Positions 1 to 12,982 of a stretch of 64,000 nucleotides of DNA are shown here, in pieces. Source of the DNA: Escherichia coli (GTDB lineage Bacteria; Pseudomonadota; Gammaproteobacteria; Enterobacterales; Enterobacteriaceae); the NCBI RefSeq assembly GCF_013122565.1, contig NZ_CP053258.1; one strand, 5' to 3'. The translations under genes and the position numbers were made by a program. Every line of letters starts with the position of its first letter. Position 1 is the first letter of the stretch. The notes beneath the pieces were generated by a model. The model did no database searches and was not told where the DNA came from. It saw only the letters and a list, made by a program, of their open reading frames with translations.

Positions 1-211
1 CCAACGACTTCGCTTTCTACTTCGTGCGTTTCGCTGCCGTTCTGGCGCTCAATGACACAGGTTGCGCCGAGCGGCAATTGTAATCCGGTGGCTTCCAGCA
101 CCAGCCCGGTAGCGCGAGTTAATCGCCCGTAGCGACGTACCGCAGGCAACTGCGCCATTTTGGCTTCAAAGTTATCCAGCGTGGTTAGCCAGCGAGTCAG
201 GCGCGTGGTCA

Positions 212-212
<1 letters not shown>
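1..212 (-). CDS. fliI: Flagellum-specific ATPase FliI, N-terminal part only (gene continues beyond window start)
   Basis: Reverse complement of ~150..212 reads [21 protein letters not shown]..., the FliI N-terminus as I recall it; start codon (cat on + strand) at 210..212 overlaps the fliH stop at 212..214; position after fliH matches the fliFGHI operon. Confidence 0.8.
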
Positions 213-3537
<3,325 letters not shown>

Positions 3538-3751
3538 CGCGCACCTCGTGGCTGATTATGGACGGCGTTATTGGCAAAGTGGAACAAGACTCACTCCCGG
3601 GTCAGCAAACTCGAAAAATTGACGCTCCCATTATTTGTGCTTTCGTTTTTTTCTATCCGCCAATAAACCCGTTTTTTTGTTGCTATTTAGCGCCTTTGTC
3701 TTATTGACTTACTGGTAGGCTTTGCTACCAGAAATTATCCGGGAGATGAAA
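3538..3751. promoter_or_regulatory. Divergent fliE / fliFGHI class 2 (FlhD4C2-dependent) promoter region
   Basis: 214-bp AT-rich spacer between divergent fliF (-) and fliE (+) starts; assigned from known flagellar regulon organisation, no motif explicitly matched. Confidence 0.5.
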
Positions 3752-4066
3752 ATGTCAGCGATACAGGGGATTGAAGGGGTTATCAGCCAGTTACAGGCTA
3801 CGGCGATGAGTGCGCGTGCACAGGAGTCCCTGCCACAACCGACCATTAGTTTTGCCGGGCAGCTGCACGCCGCGCTCGATCGCATAAGCGATACACAAAC
3901 AGCCGCCCGCACGCAGGCAGAAAAATTCACTCTCGGTGAACCCGGCGTGGCGTTAAACGATGTGATGACCGATATGCAAAAAGCCTCAGTTTCTATGCAA
4001 ATGGGGATTCAGGTGCGTAATAAGCTGGTGGCGGCGTATCAGGAAGTGATGAGCATGCAGGTATAG
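3752..4066 (+). CDS. fliE: Flagellar hook-basal body protein FliE
   Basis: ORF 3722..4066 trimmed to ATG at 3752 ([22 protein letters not shown]...), 104 aa; RBS gggag upstream. Confidence 0.9.
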   Translation: MSAIQGIEGVISQLQATAMSARAQESLPQPTISFAGQLHAALDRISDTQTAARTQAEKFTLGEPGVALNDVMTDMQKASVSMQMGIQVRNKLVAAYQEVMSMQV

Positions 4067-4456
4067 GTTGTGTAACCTGTTGTTAATTACATCCGATCTC
4101 ACAGCGTGGGGCATGGATGGGGCAAACTCACTCTATTTCTGGTTTAAAATGGATACCTGATCATGAACGTTTTCTGCCATCCACGCTCCGTAACGCGATA
4201 ACCCCCTGAATATCAGAGTGTCTCATTTGACACATCACCACGTCGGATGTTGTTACGACCACAGACGCAACAGTAACCTCTGGATAATTTAATCTTTGTT
4301 GATGTTTTTATTCATATTCCGGGCTAGGGAAATAATCAGGCATAATTGTGTCACTGGAATAGAGGTTTCTTGTGGCGCATGTGGAAGGAGCGTCTACTAT
4401 TGTCTAATAGAGATTTCTTATTACGCAGTTTTGTTCATCACTAATCTCCAGGTTTA

Positions 4457-5125
4457 TCAAACAGGTTGAATTAACTCCGCGCCCTGGTTTTTAACATTAC
4501 CCACCGCGCGCGATACCGGGTGCCAGGTGAACTGGTTTGCTGACACACAACCACTGGTAGCGATTTCTGAGGCTTCTTTACCGCCAATATCTTGCCGCAT
4601 CCATTCCCGCGCAGCTTCTGGCGACAGAACCAGAGGGCGGCGGTCATGAATATCTACCAGACCCTGGTCTGCTGCTGCAGTGACGATCAAAAATCCTTCG
4701 GCTTCGTCACCACGCTCGAACGGTGTGCTACCTATCGCGGCCATAAAAATAGGTTGTCCATCAGCACGATAGATAAAAAAAGGCTGTTTTTTGTCGCCTT
4801 CTTTTTTCCACTCAAACCAGCCATCGGCAAAACAGATTGCCCGACCATGTTGCCAGAGCGGCTTAAACATGCGACTGGTTGCGGCAGTTTCTACGCGGGC
4901 GTTAATCAGCGGCGGTTTATCCCACCATCCGGGAGCATATCCCCAGAAAACCGGATCCAGATGAAGGTGTTCGTCACGTTCACTGAGCAGAAGGACTTTG
5001 GTTCCCGGCGCGACGTTGTATCTGCCAATGGGTTCGGGATCATAGGGAATATCGCGTTCAATATCTTCCGCGAGAAGCGCAAGGTAATCTTCACGCGTTT
5101 GGGATTGGGCAAAGCGTCCACACAT
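4457..5125 (-). CDS. yedK: SOS-response associated peptidase (SRAP/HMCES family, abasic-site processing) YedK
   Basis: ORF 4457..5218 trimmed to the MCGRFAQSQTREDYLALL... start at 5123..5125, 222 aa; N-terminal Cys2 is the hallmark of SRAP proteins. Confidence 0.88.
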   Translation of the reverse strand: MCGRFAQSQTREDYLALLAEDIERDIPYDPEPIGRYNVAPGTKVLLLSERDEHLHLDPVFWGYAPGWWDKPPLINARVETAATSRMFKPLWQHGRAICFADGWFEWKKEGDKKQPFFIYRADGQPIFMAAIGSTPFERGDEAEGFLIVTAAADQGLVDIHDRRPLVLSPEAAREWMRQDIGGKEASEIATSGCVSANQFTWHPVSRAVGNVKNQGAELIQPV

Positions 5126-5233
5126 AGAAACCTCCTGAGAGCACACTGAAAAGAATAGGAGAGGGGGCGGGTAAAATCTATGTGGTACAGAGGCAACGAT
5201 ATTCCCGCTGTGGGCCACAGCGGGAATGAGGGA

Positions 5234-5467
5234 TTACTTCTGAATTAAATAACGAATGGTCGGCCCGTCTTGCTGAATATCCAGCACCGTATAGCCGTGA
5301 TTACGCGCATCCAGTGGAATATTATTGATCGACTGCGGACAGTCGCTCACCACTTCCAGGATTTCCCCTTTTTTTAACTGCGGCATCGCCTCAAGAGTTG
5401 CGACTGCCGGATAAGGGCAGGGTTCACCCACCATATCAAGGCGGTAATCAGGAACGATATTTTTCAT
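5234..5467 (-). CDS. yedF: TusA-like sulfurtransferase-fold protein YedF
   Basis: ORF 5234..5467, 77 aa, contains the CPxP motif (EPCPYPAV) typical of TusA-like proteins; overlaps yedE start by 4 nt. Confidence 0.88.
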   Translation of the reverse strand: MKNIVPDYRLDMVGEPCPYPAVATLEAMPQLKKGEILEVVSDCPQSINNIPLDARNHGYTVLDIQQDGPTIRYLIQK

Positions 5468-6669
5468 GCGATCTCCTTAGCAGTCTGCGGTGCCGCACGG
5501 CGGAAGAAGCGTTTTTCCCAGCCGATAATCAACATCAGCGCAGCAAACAACAGCAAATATGTCACCAGCAGGCCACCCATCGGGCCAAAGGTTTTCAGCA
5601 GGTTAATTTTGTCCCAGTCGGTGGCCAGCGCCGGAGCGAAATCATCCCAGTAATACGCCAGAATCGTTGAGCCGATCACGTTGCCCAGACCGACCCACCA
5701 GTAGTGCACCTGGCCTTCTACCGCGCGGTACATCCAGCCGGTTTCGCAGCCGCCTGCCAGCACGATGCCAAAACCAAACAGTAAACCACCAATTACCGCG
5801 TTTGGTCCTGCCCACATGATTTTGGGTTCAACACCTAACTGTACGTAACTGAAGATCCCGATGGCACTCACCGCCATACCGATAATGATTGCTTTCGCCA
5901 TATGGGTACGTCCGGTGATCCACATATCGCGGAACGCCGAAGTAAAGCAGATTTGCGCACGTTCAATCAGTAAACCAAAGCCGACGCCAAACAGCATTGC
6001 CAGCCCCAGTTTTGGTTGGTTCATCGCCGTGAGCAGCGCCCAGCCCTGCATACCGAAAAAGACCAGCATCCCGAGACGAAAACGACGCCGCGCCTGATCC
6101 GGTTTTTGCGTCAGCGGTGAGGCGGCAGAAACTTTCTGCATTTTCACGGGAATACGGAAGATGGGCAGCAGGGTAAAGCGCGCGCCAAACCATGAACCAA
6201 TGGCAGTGGCGATGGCAAAGAACCAGGCATGCAGCGAGAACTGAGGAATACCGGTAAAGAACGCCGCCAGGTTACAGCCCATTGCCAGACGCGCGCCAAA
6301 ACCAGCGATAATACCGCCAATGATGGCCTGCATAATGCGGATACGGCTGCGTGGCATGCGCAGTTTGACATTGTTGGCCCACAGCGCTGCGGCAAAGCAG
6401 CCGCCAAACATACCGAGGATCATCATCCCGTCGATGCGGGTTAATGGCGATCCTTCCAGATGGATAATTTTAAAGTAACCCCACTCTTCAGCATGGACGC
6501 CGAACAGCTGCAGGAGCTGGCCGCCCCAACGGGTAAATTCACCCGTGACAGCCCAAAAGGTGCCAGTGATGCCAAAATAGTAAGTGGAGAGAATACCCGC
6601 CGCGATGACCGCGGGGATGGGCGCCCAGAATTTAATCAACCAGGCGTGTTTGAATTGCTGCCATGACAT
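5464..6669 (-). CDS. yedE: YedE/YeeE-family inner membrane transporter (selenium/sulfur-related)
   Basis: ORF 5464..6669, 401 aa, highly hydrophobic multi-TM protein; matches YedE in length and N-terminus; co-operonic with yedF. Confidence 0.88.
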   Translation of the reverse strand: MSWQQFKHAWLIKFWAPIPAVIAAGILSTYYFGITGTFWAVTGEFTRWGGQLLQLFGVHAEEWGYFKIIHLEGSPLTRIDGMMILGMFGGCFAAALWANNVKLRMPRSRIRIMQAIIGGIIAGFGARLAMGCNLAAFFTGIPQFSLHAWFFAIATAIGSWFGARFTLLPIFRIPVKMQKVSAASPLTQKPDQARRRFRLGMLVFFGMQGWALLTAMNQPKLGLAMLFGVGFGLLIERAQICFTSAFRDMWITGRTHMAKAIIIGMAVSAIGIFSYVQLGVEPKIMWAGPNAVIGGLLFGFGIVLAGGCETGWMYRAVEGQVHYWWVGLGNVIGSTILAYYWDDFAPALATDWDKINLLKTFGPMGGLLVTYLLLFAALMLIIGWEKRFFRRAAPQTAKEIA

Positions 6670-6855
6670 GAATGTAGCCTCTGAACTCAGAAGGTTTGAA
6701 ACAAGAGTCGCGAATCATACATCAAGCAAATTTATTTTCGGGGTAATAATTCACAAAAATAATAGTTAGATCAAATTTCTCGCTGAACCTGGAAAGGCTG
6801 GCGACATCAGGGCTTTAATGCCACAATCCTCTTTTCTTCTCATGCAGGACGAATG

Positions 6856-7269
6856 ATGAAAAAACTCGCAATTGCAGGCGCGCTCATGTTGCTGGCGGGC
6901 TGTGCCGAAGTCGAAAACTATAACAATGTCGTGAAAACCCCCGCGCCGGACTGGCTGGCGGGCTACTGGCAGACCAAAGGGCCGCAACGTGCGCTGGTCA
7001 GTCCGGAAGCGATAGGCAGCCTGATTGTCACTAAAGCGGGCGATACCCTGGATTGCCGTCAGTGGCAGCGGGTGATTGCCGTGCCGGGTAAGTTGACATT
7101 GATGTCTGATGATCTCACTAACGTTACCGTAAAACGTGAGCTGTACGAGGTTGAGCGTGACGGTAACACCATTGAGTACGATGGTATGACGATGGAGCGT
7201 GTGGATCGCCCGACAGCAGAGTGTGCCGCCGCGCTGGATAAAGCGCCGTTACCGACGCCACTGCCGTAA
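6856..7269 (+). CDS. yedD: Predicted lipoprotein YedD
   Basis: ORF 6853..7269 (MMKKLAIAGALMLLAGCAEV...), signal peptide plus LAGC lipobox; K-12 YedD is 137 aa, so start at the second ATG (6856) is likely. Confidence 0.85.
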   Translation: MKKLAIAGALMLLAGCAEVENYNNVVKTPAPDWLAGYWQTKGPQRALVSPEAIGSLIVTKAGDTLDCRQWQRVIAVPGKLTLMSDDLTNVTVKRELYEVERDGNTIEYDGMTMERVDRPTAECAAALDKAPLPTPLP

Positions 7270-7302
7270 TGAAATCTCCCCGGCTTGCTGCCGGGGATGA
7301 AT

Positions 7303-8790
7303 TTAAATCACCTCTTCGATAACCCACACGCTAACGCTGCCGCCGTTGCAAAAGAAGGTCGCTTCGCCGTTTTCGTCGGTTACTACACTCTCTTGCCGGT
7401 TCCCAAGAAAATCACGCCAGGTTTTATTGCCGTAATTCTCTCCTAAATGAATGGTTTTTTCGCCATCATCTCCGTTCGACATGACCACCACGCAGCCGGG
7501 ATATTCGTCGGTGCCACTGCGGCTAAAGGCAATGCAGTTCGGATGGTCGAAAAATAACGTCTGTACACCGTGGGCGAAACGCTGACGGGCGAGAATTAAC
7601 TCATCAAGTTGTTCGATTATTGGCATATCTATCGGATAGGTTTGCCCGTCACCGCCGACATCTTCGTAATGTGCACCGTAGAGATCCGGATAGAACACCG
7701 AAGGAACGCCATTTTCCCGCAACAAAATTAAGGCATATGCCAGCGGTTTAAACCACGGTTCGACCGGCGCTTCGAGGGCTTGCAACGGTTGGGTGTCGTG
7801 GTTGGCAACGAGCGTCACGGCGTGGAAAGGATCGGCTTCCACTAATGTACCCGTGAAAATCTGCGTCATGTCGTAGTCGCGCCCCATGCGCGATGCTTCA
7901 TGGAATTTCATCTGCAGCGGTGCATCGAACAGCATGGTTTTGCCTTCCACCTGATCAATATACGTTTGCAGTTTATCGACTTCATGCGACCAGTACTCTG
8001 CCACAATAAACAGCGGCTTTGGCGCAACTTCCTGTACGTGTTCGATCCACTCTTTATAAAACCACGCCGGTATATGTTTGACCGCATCAAGACGAAAACC
8101 GTCGCATTGTGTTTGTTCCATCACCCAGCGCGCCCAGTATTTAATCTCTTCCGTCACGGCATGATTGCGGAAATCGATATTCTCACCCATCAGATAATCG
8201 AAATTACCGAGTTCATCATCAACCTGATCGTTCCAGCCTTCGCCGGTGTAGTCGTTAACAATTTTAAATATGCCATCTTCATCAGGATTTTCGATATGGT
8301 CGATACCGCTAAAACATTTGAAATCCCAGATAAACTGCGAGTATTGCCCGGCACGAGCGGGGAAGGTGTAACGCGTCCAGCCTTCGCACTCAATGATTTC
8401 TTCGTCAATTTGCGTACGGTCATCAGCATTTACACGCTGCACGCGAATAGCTTCTTTTTCATCCGCGCCCATTTTGTGGTTGACTACCACATCCAACAGC
8501 ACCGCAATGTCATTACGTTTCAGAGCGTCAATGGCGGCCAGCAGTTGTGCTTTATCGCCATATTTAGTAGGGATGCTGCCTTTCTGATCAAACTCGCCTA
8601 AATCAAATAAATCATAGGAGTCGTAGCCGACCGAATACCCGCCCGATGCGCCTTTATAGGCGGGCGGCAACCAGACCATATTGATACCAATATCATTAAA
8701 ACCGTCGGCGCGCTCGGCCAGTTCAGGCCAGAGCTTACCGCCTTCCGGGTAATACCAGTGAAAACATTGTAACAGCGTGGGATTACGCAT
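7303..8790 (-). CDS. amyA: Cytoplasmic alpha-amylase AmyA
   Basis: ORF 7303..8790, 495 aa, [21 protein letters not shown]...; GH13 motifs (e.g. GFRLDAVKH) visible; length matches AmyA. Confidence 0.95.
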   Translation of the reverse strand: MRNPTLLQCFHWYYPEGGKLWPELAERADGFNDIGINMVWLPPAYKGASGGYSVGYDSYDLFDLGEFDQKGSIPTKYGDKAQLLAAIDALKRNDIAVLLDVVVNHKMGADEKEAIRVQRVNADDRTQIDEEIIECEGWTRYTFPARAGQYSQFIWDFKCFSGIDHIENPDEDGIFKIVNDYTGEGWNDQVDDELGNFDYLMGENIDFRNHAVTEEIKYWARWVMEQTQCDGFRLDAVKHIPAWFYKEWIEHVQEVAPKPLFIVAEYWSHEVDKLQTYIDQVEGKTMLFDAPLQMKFHEASRMGRDYDMTQIFTGTLVEADPFHAVTLVANHDTQPLQALEAPVEPWFKPLAYALILLRENGVPSVFYPDLYGAHYEDVGGDGQTYPIDMPIIEQLDELILARQRFAHGVQTLFFDHPNCIAFSRSGTDEYPGCVVVMSNGDDGEKTIHLGENYGNKTWRDFLGNRQESVVTDENGEATFFCNGGSVSVWVIEEVI

Positions 8791-8867
8791 TCTTCGACTC
8801 CATTCAAGGGGAACATTAGAAGCGTAGCCGTAATCAGATTATTCGCGAGCCATTAGCTCGTTAAGAT

Positions 8868-9233
8868 TCACGAGAAGTTATCTTGCGGAGCCAGCACAAA
8901 GCCGCCCTGATCGCCATAGGCACTTAACACCGATTTTTGCACCGATGACTGACCGACCAGTTTCGCCAGTTCATTCATCCGAATCTGTAATAACTGCTTT
9001 ACCTTGCTTTCGTTATCGAGAATCAGGCGCAGCATCGGGCGGAGCTGCTCCTGCATCGTGGTGGACGGGTCAATCTCATCAGTCAGATGTGCAATCTCCT
9101 GCACCGCATTCACATACGCCATTTCGCTGGCGATGAGTTCGTCCCATTGTTCTTCCGTTGCCAGGCGTAACATGAGCTGGCTTTTTTCGACGAGTTGTTG
9201 CCAGGCGAAATACAAATGCGGTGCGTGGTTCAT
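8868..9233 (-). CDS. fliT: Flagellar chaperone / anti-FlhDC factor FliT
   Basis: ORF 8868..9233, 121 aa; last gene of the fliD-fliS-fliT operon; matches FliT. Confidence 0.9.
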   Translation of the reverse strand: MNHAPHLYFAWQQLVEKSQLMLRLATEEQWDELIASEMAYVNAVQEIAHLTDEIDPSTTMQEQLRPMLRLILDNESKVKQLLQIRMNELAKLVGQSSVQKSVLSAYGDQGGFVLAPQDNFS

Positions 9234-9643
9234 CAGACTGGGTCCTGAATCAAAGAAGGGGAGAGTAACGACTCTTTCCAGGCATCGGCAATATTGCGCA
9301 TTAATGCTTCCACTTCTTCGACTGCGGAGACATCGTTGCGTAAATTGGCTTGCAGCAAACGCCTGACCATATAGCTATAAAGAGCAATCAAGTTTTGGGT
9401 TAATTCGTCTTTGCTCTCTTCATCAAGACTCACCCGAAGTCCGTTCTCAATGATGTTGATCGCTTTTGACAAAGAGACGCCTTTGCCTTGCTGATTGTTG
9501 TCCTGCATAAACAGGCGCGCTCTAACCAGTGCGCTCAGCACTCCATCAAATAGCATGGTGACCAGCTGCTGCTGGCTGGCGCTCATTACGGCGCTTTCGA
9601 CGCCAATTTGTGCATAGGCCTGGGTGCCTTTTGCCGCGTACAT
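9233..9643 (-). CDS. fliS: Flagellin-specific chaperone FliS
   Basis: ORF 9233..9643, 136 aa, [34 protein letters not shown]...; matches FliS. Confidence 0.92.
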   Translation of the reverse strand: MYAAKGTQAYAQIGVESAVMSASQQQLVTMLFDGVLSALVRARLFMQDNNQQGKGVSLSKAINIIENGLRVSLDEESKDELTQNLIALYSYMVRRLLQANLRNDVSAVEEVEALMRNIADAWKESLLSPSLIQDPV

Positions 9644-9658
9644 AGTTTCTCCTGAAGA

Positions 9659-11074
9659 TTATTTCGAGTTGCTATTTGAGGTGTCGAACTGCTGTGTCAG
9701 ATAGCTACTGGTGGAGTTAAGCGAGTTCATTAACACATCTAATTGGGTGAACTGGGCTTTATAGCGCGTCATTAAGGTATCGATACGCTCACTGGCTGCG
9801 TTGTACTGGTCGGTCAAATTATTAAGCGTTTTGCTGACGCCATCTTTTGCGGCCTGGATTATCCCGGTGGAAGAGAGCCAACTGGTCAGGTTGCTACTAA
9901 TGCCGGTGGTTACCCCTGTACTTTTACCGTCACCTATAAACATTTCACCGATGCCAGCGGCATCTTTTTTTAGCGCCGTTTGCAGTTTGTCAGTCGCGAT
10001 TTCCAGCTTGCCGGTACTGGCATCGCTGGTAATGCCAATCTGTGCCAGCGTTTTATAGTTTGAACTGCTGTGAGTATTGGCGAGCAAGGTTTTAAGCTGA
10101 GTCTGGATGGTACGCAGTGTGGAGTCACCGAGTAATGCGCCATTACTGGAGTCCTGACTTTCTGCTCCGGCATCGACAGCGGTGTATTTGGTTAAGCTAC
10201 TGAATGTATCCTGCAATGTGTTATAGGCATCCACCCATGCTTTGACCGCATTTTCAGCTTTGGATGTGTCTTTATTGATGGTCAGTGTCTGATTACCGGT
10301 GGTGACGTCATTCAGGTTGAGTGTGATATCTTCCAGCGCGTCGCTGATAGTGTTACTGCTGTTTTCAATCTCAACGTTATTGACTGTCAGTTTGGCGTTT
10401 TGCGCGGTGACGCTTTCAATCATGCCATTGCTGCTATCACCCGACGTTCCGTTGTAACCCATAAAACTTTCCAGGGCGCTGTCGCCGCTGACGCTAAGTT
10501 TCATAGCGTTATCGTTGCCCGTATCGTTAGCGGTGATGGACAGACGATATTCGCCGTTTCTCACATTGATGATACTGGCGCTGACACCAGCTTTGGCGTT
10601 GTTAATGGCATCGCGAATGCCGGAAAGTGACGAGTTAGCTGCGCTGATATCAATCGTGACCGGATCTTTACCGCCGCCTTGCTGGATGGTCAGTACGCTA
10701 TCGCTGGTGGCGATGGCAGCTTTACTGTCTTTTTGACTAATTTTTGTGGTCAGCGTTTGTGCCTGCGCCAGTTGGCTAACGCTAATGGTGTATTTCCCGG
10801 CAATCGCGCTGCCCGTGGTGGTGGCGCTGAAAGCCGATGAACTGCTGGTGGTTGAAGTGGCGGTAAATAAATCGGCTTTATTCAGTGCTGTGTTGGCTGT
10901 CTGGAAACTCTCTAGTGCACTTTTCAGCGTCCCGTAGGCGCTCAGTTTCGCGGTGTAAGAGCTTTGCTGTTTTGATATCGGCGTCAGGGTAGATTTTTCT
11001 GCCGCCTCCAGACTGTCAAGGATGCTGCTTAAATCCAGCCCCGACCCAACCCCAAGCGTTGAAATACTAGCCAT
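9659..11074 (-). CDS. fliD: Flagellar filament cap protein FliD (variant allele, 471 aa)
   Basis: ORF 9659..11074, MASISTLGVGSGLDLSSILDS...; conserved termini, divergent in the middle relative to K-12 FliD (468 aa by recollection). Confidence 0.9.
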   Translation of the reverse strand: MASISTLGVGSGLDLSSILDSLEAAEKSTLTPISKQQSSYTAKLSAYGTLKSALESFQTANTALNKADLFTATSTTSSSSAFSATTTGSAIAGKYTISVSQLAQAQTLTTKISQKDSKAAIATSDSVLTIQQGGGKDPVTIDISAANSSLSGIRDAINNAKAGVSASIINVRNGEYRLSITANDTGNDNAMKLSVSGDSALESFMGYNGTSGDSSNGMIESVTAQNAKLTVNNVEIENSSNTISDALEDITLNLNDVTTGNQTLTINKDTSKAENAVKAWVDAYNTLQDTFSSLTKYTAVDAGAESQDSSNGALLGDSTLRTIQTQLKTLLANTHSSSNYKTLAQIGITSDASTGKLEIATDKLQTALKKDAAGIGEMFIGDGKSTGVTTGISSNLTSWLSSTGIIQAAKDGVSKTLNNLTDQYNAASERIDTLMTRYKAQFTQLDVLMNSLNSTSSYLTQQFDTSNSNSK

Positions 11075-11116
11075 ATAAATTCCTTAATCATGCGACGTAT
11101 AGAACGAATACCGGGG

Positions 11117-11143
11117 TTATCGGCGTAAGCGGGGCAAAGTTTA
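11117..11143 (-). promoter_or_regulatory. sigma-28 (FliA) class 3 promoter for fliDST
   Basis: + strand reads ttatcggc-N11-aaagttta, i.e. on the minus strand TAAACTTT-N11-GCCGATAA, a near-perfect match to the sigma-28 consensus TAAAGTTT-N11-GCCGATAA. Confidence 0.7.
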
Positions 11144-11216
11144 CGATTTATTTTTTGGCTTAATGACACGAACAGCAACGAGGAAGGGGAGTATTTCGAC
11201 CGCTAGAAAAAAATTC

Positions 11217-11243
11217 TAAAGGTTGTGAGTGACCAGACGATAA
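11217..11243 (+). promoter_or_regulatory. sigma-28 (FliA) class 3 promoter for fliC
   Basis: taaaggtt-N11-gacgataa upstream of fliC; close to the sigma-28 consensus. Confidence 0.65.
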
Positions 11244-11319
11244 CAGGGTTGACGGCGACGAAGCCGAAGGGTGGAAGCCCAATACTTAAACCGTAGACTT
11301 GAAAACAGGAAAATGAATC

Positions 11320-12663
11320 ATGGCACAAGTCATTAATACCAACAGCCTCTCGCTGATCACTCAGAACAACATCAACAAAAACCAGTCTGCGCTGTCGACT
11401 TCTATCGAGCGCCTCTCTTCTGGTCTGCGCATTAACAGCGCTAAAGATGACGCTGCGGGCCAGGCGATTGCTAACCGCTTCACTTCTAACATCAAAGGTC
11501 TGACTCAGGCCGCACGTAACGCCAACGACGGTATCTCTCTGGCGCAGACCACTGAAGGCGCACTGTCTGAAATCAACAACAACTTGCAGCGTGTTCGTGA
11601 ACTGACCGTTCAGGCCACTACCGGTACTAACTCTGATTCTGACCTGTCTTCAATCCAGGACGAAATCAAATCCCGTCTCGATGAAATTGACCGCGTATCC
11701 GGTCAGACTCAGTTCAACGGCGTGAACGTACTGGCAAAAGATGGCTCGATGAAAATTCAGGTCGGTGCAAATGATGGTCAGACAATCAGCATTGATTTGC
11801 AGAAGATTGATTCTTCTACTTTAGGGTTAAATGGTTTTTCTGTTTCCAAAAATGCAGTATCTGTTGGTGATGCTATTACTCAATTGCCTGGCGAGACGGC
11901 AGCCGATGCACCAGTAACCATCAAGTTTGATGATTCAGTAAAAACTGATTTAAAACTGACCGATGCTTCAGGGTTAAGTCTGCATAACCTCAAAGATGAA
12001 AATGGTAATTTAACTAACCAGTATGTTGTACAGAATGGCGGAAAATCTTACGCTGCTACAGTCGCTGCCAATGGTAATGTTACGCTGAACAAAGCAAATG
12101 TAACCTACAGCGATGTCGCAAACGGTATTGATACCGCAACGCAGTCAGGCCAGTTAGTTCAGGTTGGTGCAGATTCTACCGGTACGCCAAAAGCATTCGT
12201 GTCTGTCCAAGGTAAAAGCTTTGGCATTGATGACGCCGCCTTGAAGAATAACACTGGTGATGCTACCGCTACTCCACCGGGAGCATCTGGGACAACAGTT
12301 GTCGCAGCGTCAATTCATCTGAGTACGGGCAAAAACTCTGTAGACGCTGATGTAACGGCTTCCACTGAATTCACAGGTGCTTCAACCAACGATCCACTGA
12401 CTCTGCTGGACAAAGCTATCGCATCTGTTGATAAATTCCGTTCTTCTTTGGGGGCGGTACAGAACCGTCTGAGCTCCGCTGTAACCAACCTGAACAACAC
12501 CACCACCAACCTGTCTGAAGCGCAGTCCCGTATTCAGGACGCCGACTATGCGACCGAAGTGTCCAACATGTCGAAAGCGCAGATTATCCAGCAGGCAGGT
12601 AACTCCGTGCTGTCCAAAGCTAACCAGGTACCGCAGCAGGTTCTGTCTCTGCTGCAGGGTTAA
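11320..12663 (+). CDS. fliC: Flagellin FliC (H-antigen), 447 aa, non-K-12 serotype
   Basis: ORF 11320..12663; conserved N-terminal (MAQVINTNSLSLITQNNINKNQSALSTSIERLSSGLRINSAKDDAAGQAIANRF...) and C-terminal (...QNRLSSAVTNLNNTTTNLSEAQSRIQDADYATEVSNMSKAQIIQQAGNSVLSKANQVPQQVLSLLQG) flagellin domains flank a distinct central region; K-12 FliC is 498 aa by recollection. Confidence 0.92.
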   Translation: MAQVINTNSLSLITQNNINKNQSALSTSIERLSSGLRINSAKDDAAGQAIANRFTSNIKGLTQAARNANDGISLAQTTEGALSEINNNLQRVRELTVQATTGTNSDSDLSSIQDEIKSRLDEIDRVSGQTQFNGVNVLAKDGSMKIQVGANDGQTISIDLQKIDSSTLGLNGFSVSKNAVSVGDAITQLPGETAADAPVTIKFDDSVKTDLKLTDASGLSLHNLKDENGNLTNQYVVQNGGKSYAATVAANGNVTLNKANVTYSDVANGIDTATQSGQLVQVGADSTGTPKAFVSVQGKSFGIDDAALKNNTGDATATPPGASGTTVVAASIHLSTGKNSVDADVTASTEFTGASTNDPLTLLDKAIASVDKFRSSLGAVQNRLSSAVTNLNNTTTNLSEAQSRIQDADYATEVSNMSKAQIIQQAGNSVLSKANQVPQQVLSLLQG

Positions 12664-12706
12664 TCGTCGTAACCTGATTAACTGAGACTGACGGCAACGC
12701 CAAATT

Positions 12707-12806
<100 letters not shown>

Positions 12807-12835
12807 ACATCAAGCGCAATTTGTCAGCAACGTGC

Positions 12836-12861
12836 TCCCCCGCCACCGGCGGGGTTTTTTC
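12836..12861 (+). terminator. Rho-independent terminator downstream of fliC
   Basis: GC-rich hairpin ccccgccaccggcgggg followed by a T run. Confidence 0.7.
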
Positions 12862-12930
12862 TGTCCGCAATTTACCGGTAACCCCCAAATAACCCCTCAT
12901 TTCACCCACTAATCGTCCGATTAAAAACCC

Positions 12931-12957
12931 TGCAGAAACGGATAATCATGCCGATAA
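12931..12957 (+). promoter_or_regulatory. Putative fliA promoter element (sigma-28 -10-like GCCGATAA at 12950..12957)
   Basis: Exact GCCGATAA 26 nt upstream of the fliA GTG; the -35 match is poor, so the assignment is tentative. Confidence 0.35.
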
Positions 12958-12982
12958 CTCATATAACGCAGGGCTGTTTATC

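Noticed and set aside
5205-5225. Inverted repeat cccgctgtgg-gcc-acagcggg between yedK and yedF as a terminator or LexA box
   Set aside because: No flanking T-run on either strand and no CTGT-N8-ACAG spacing; possibly a minor structural element, not confidently assignable.
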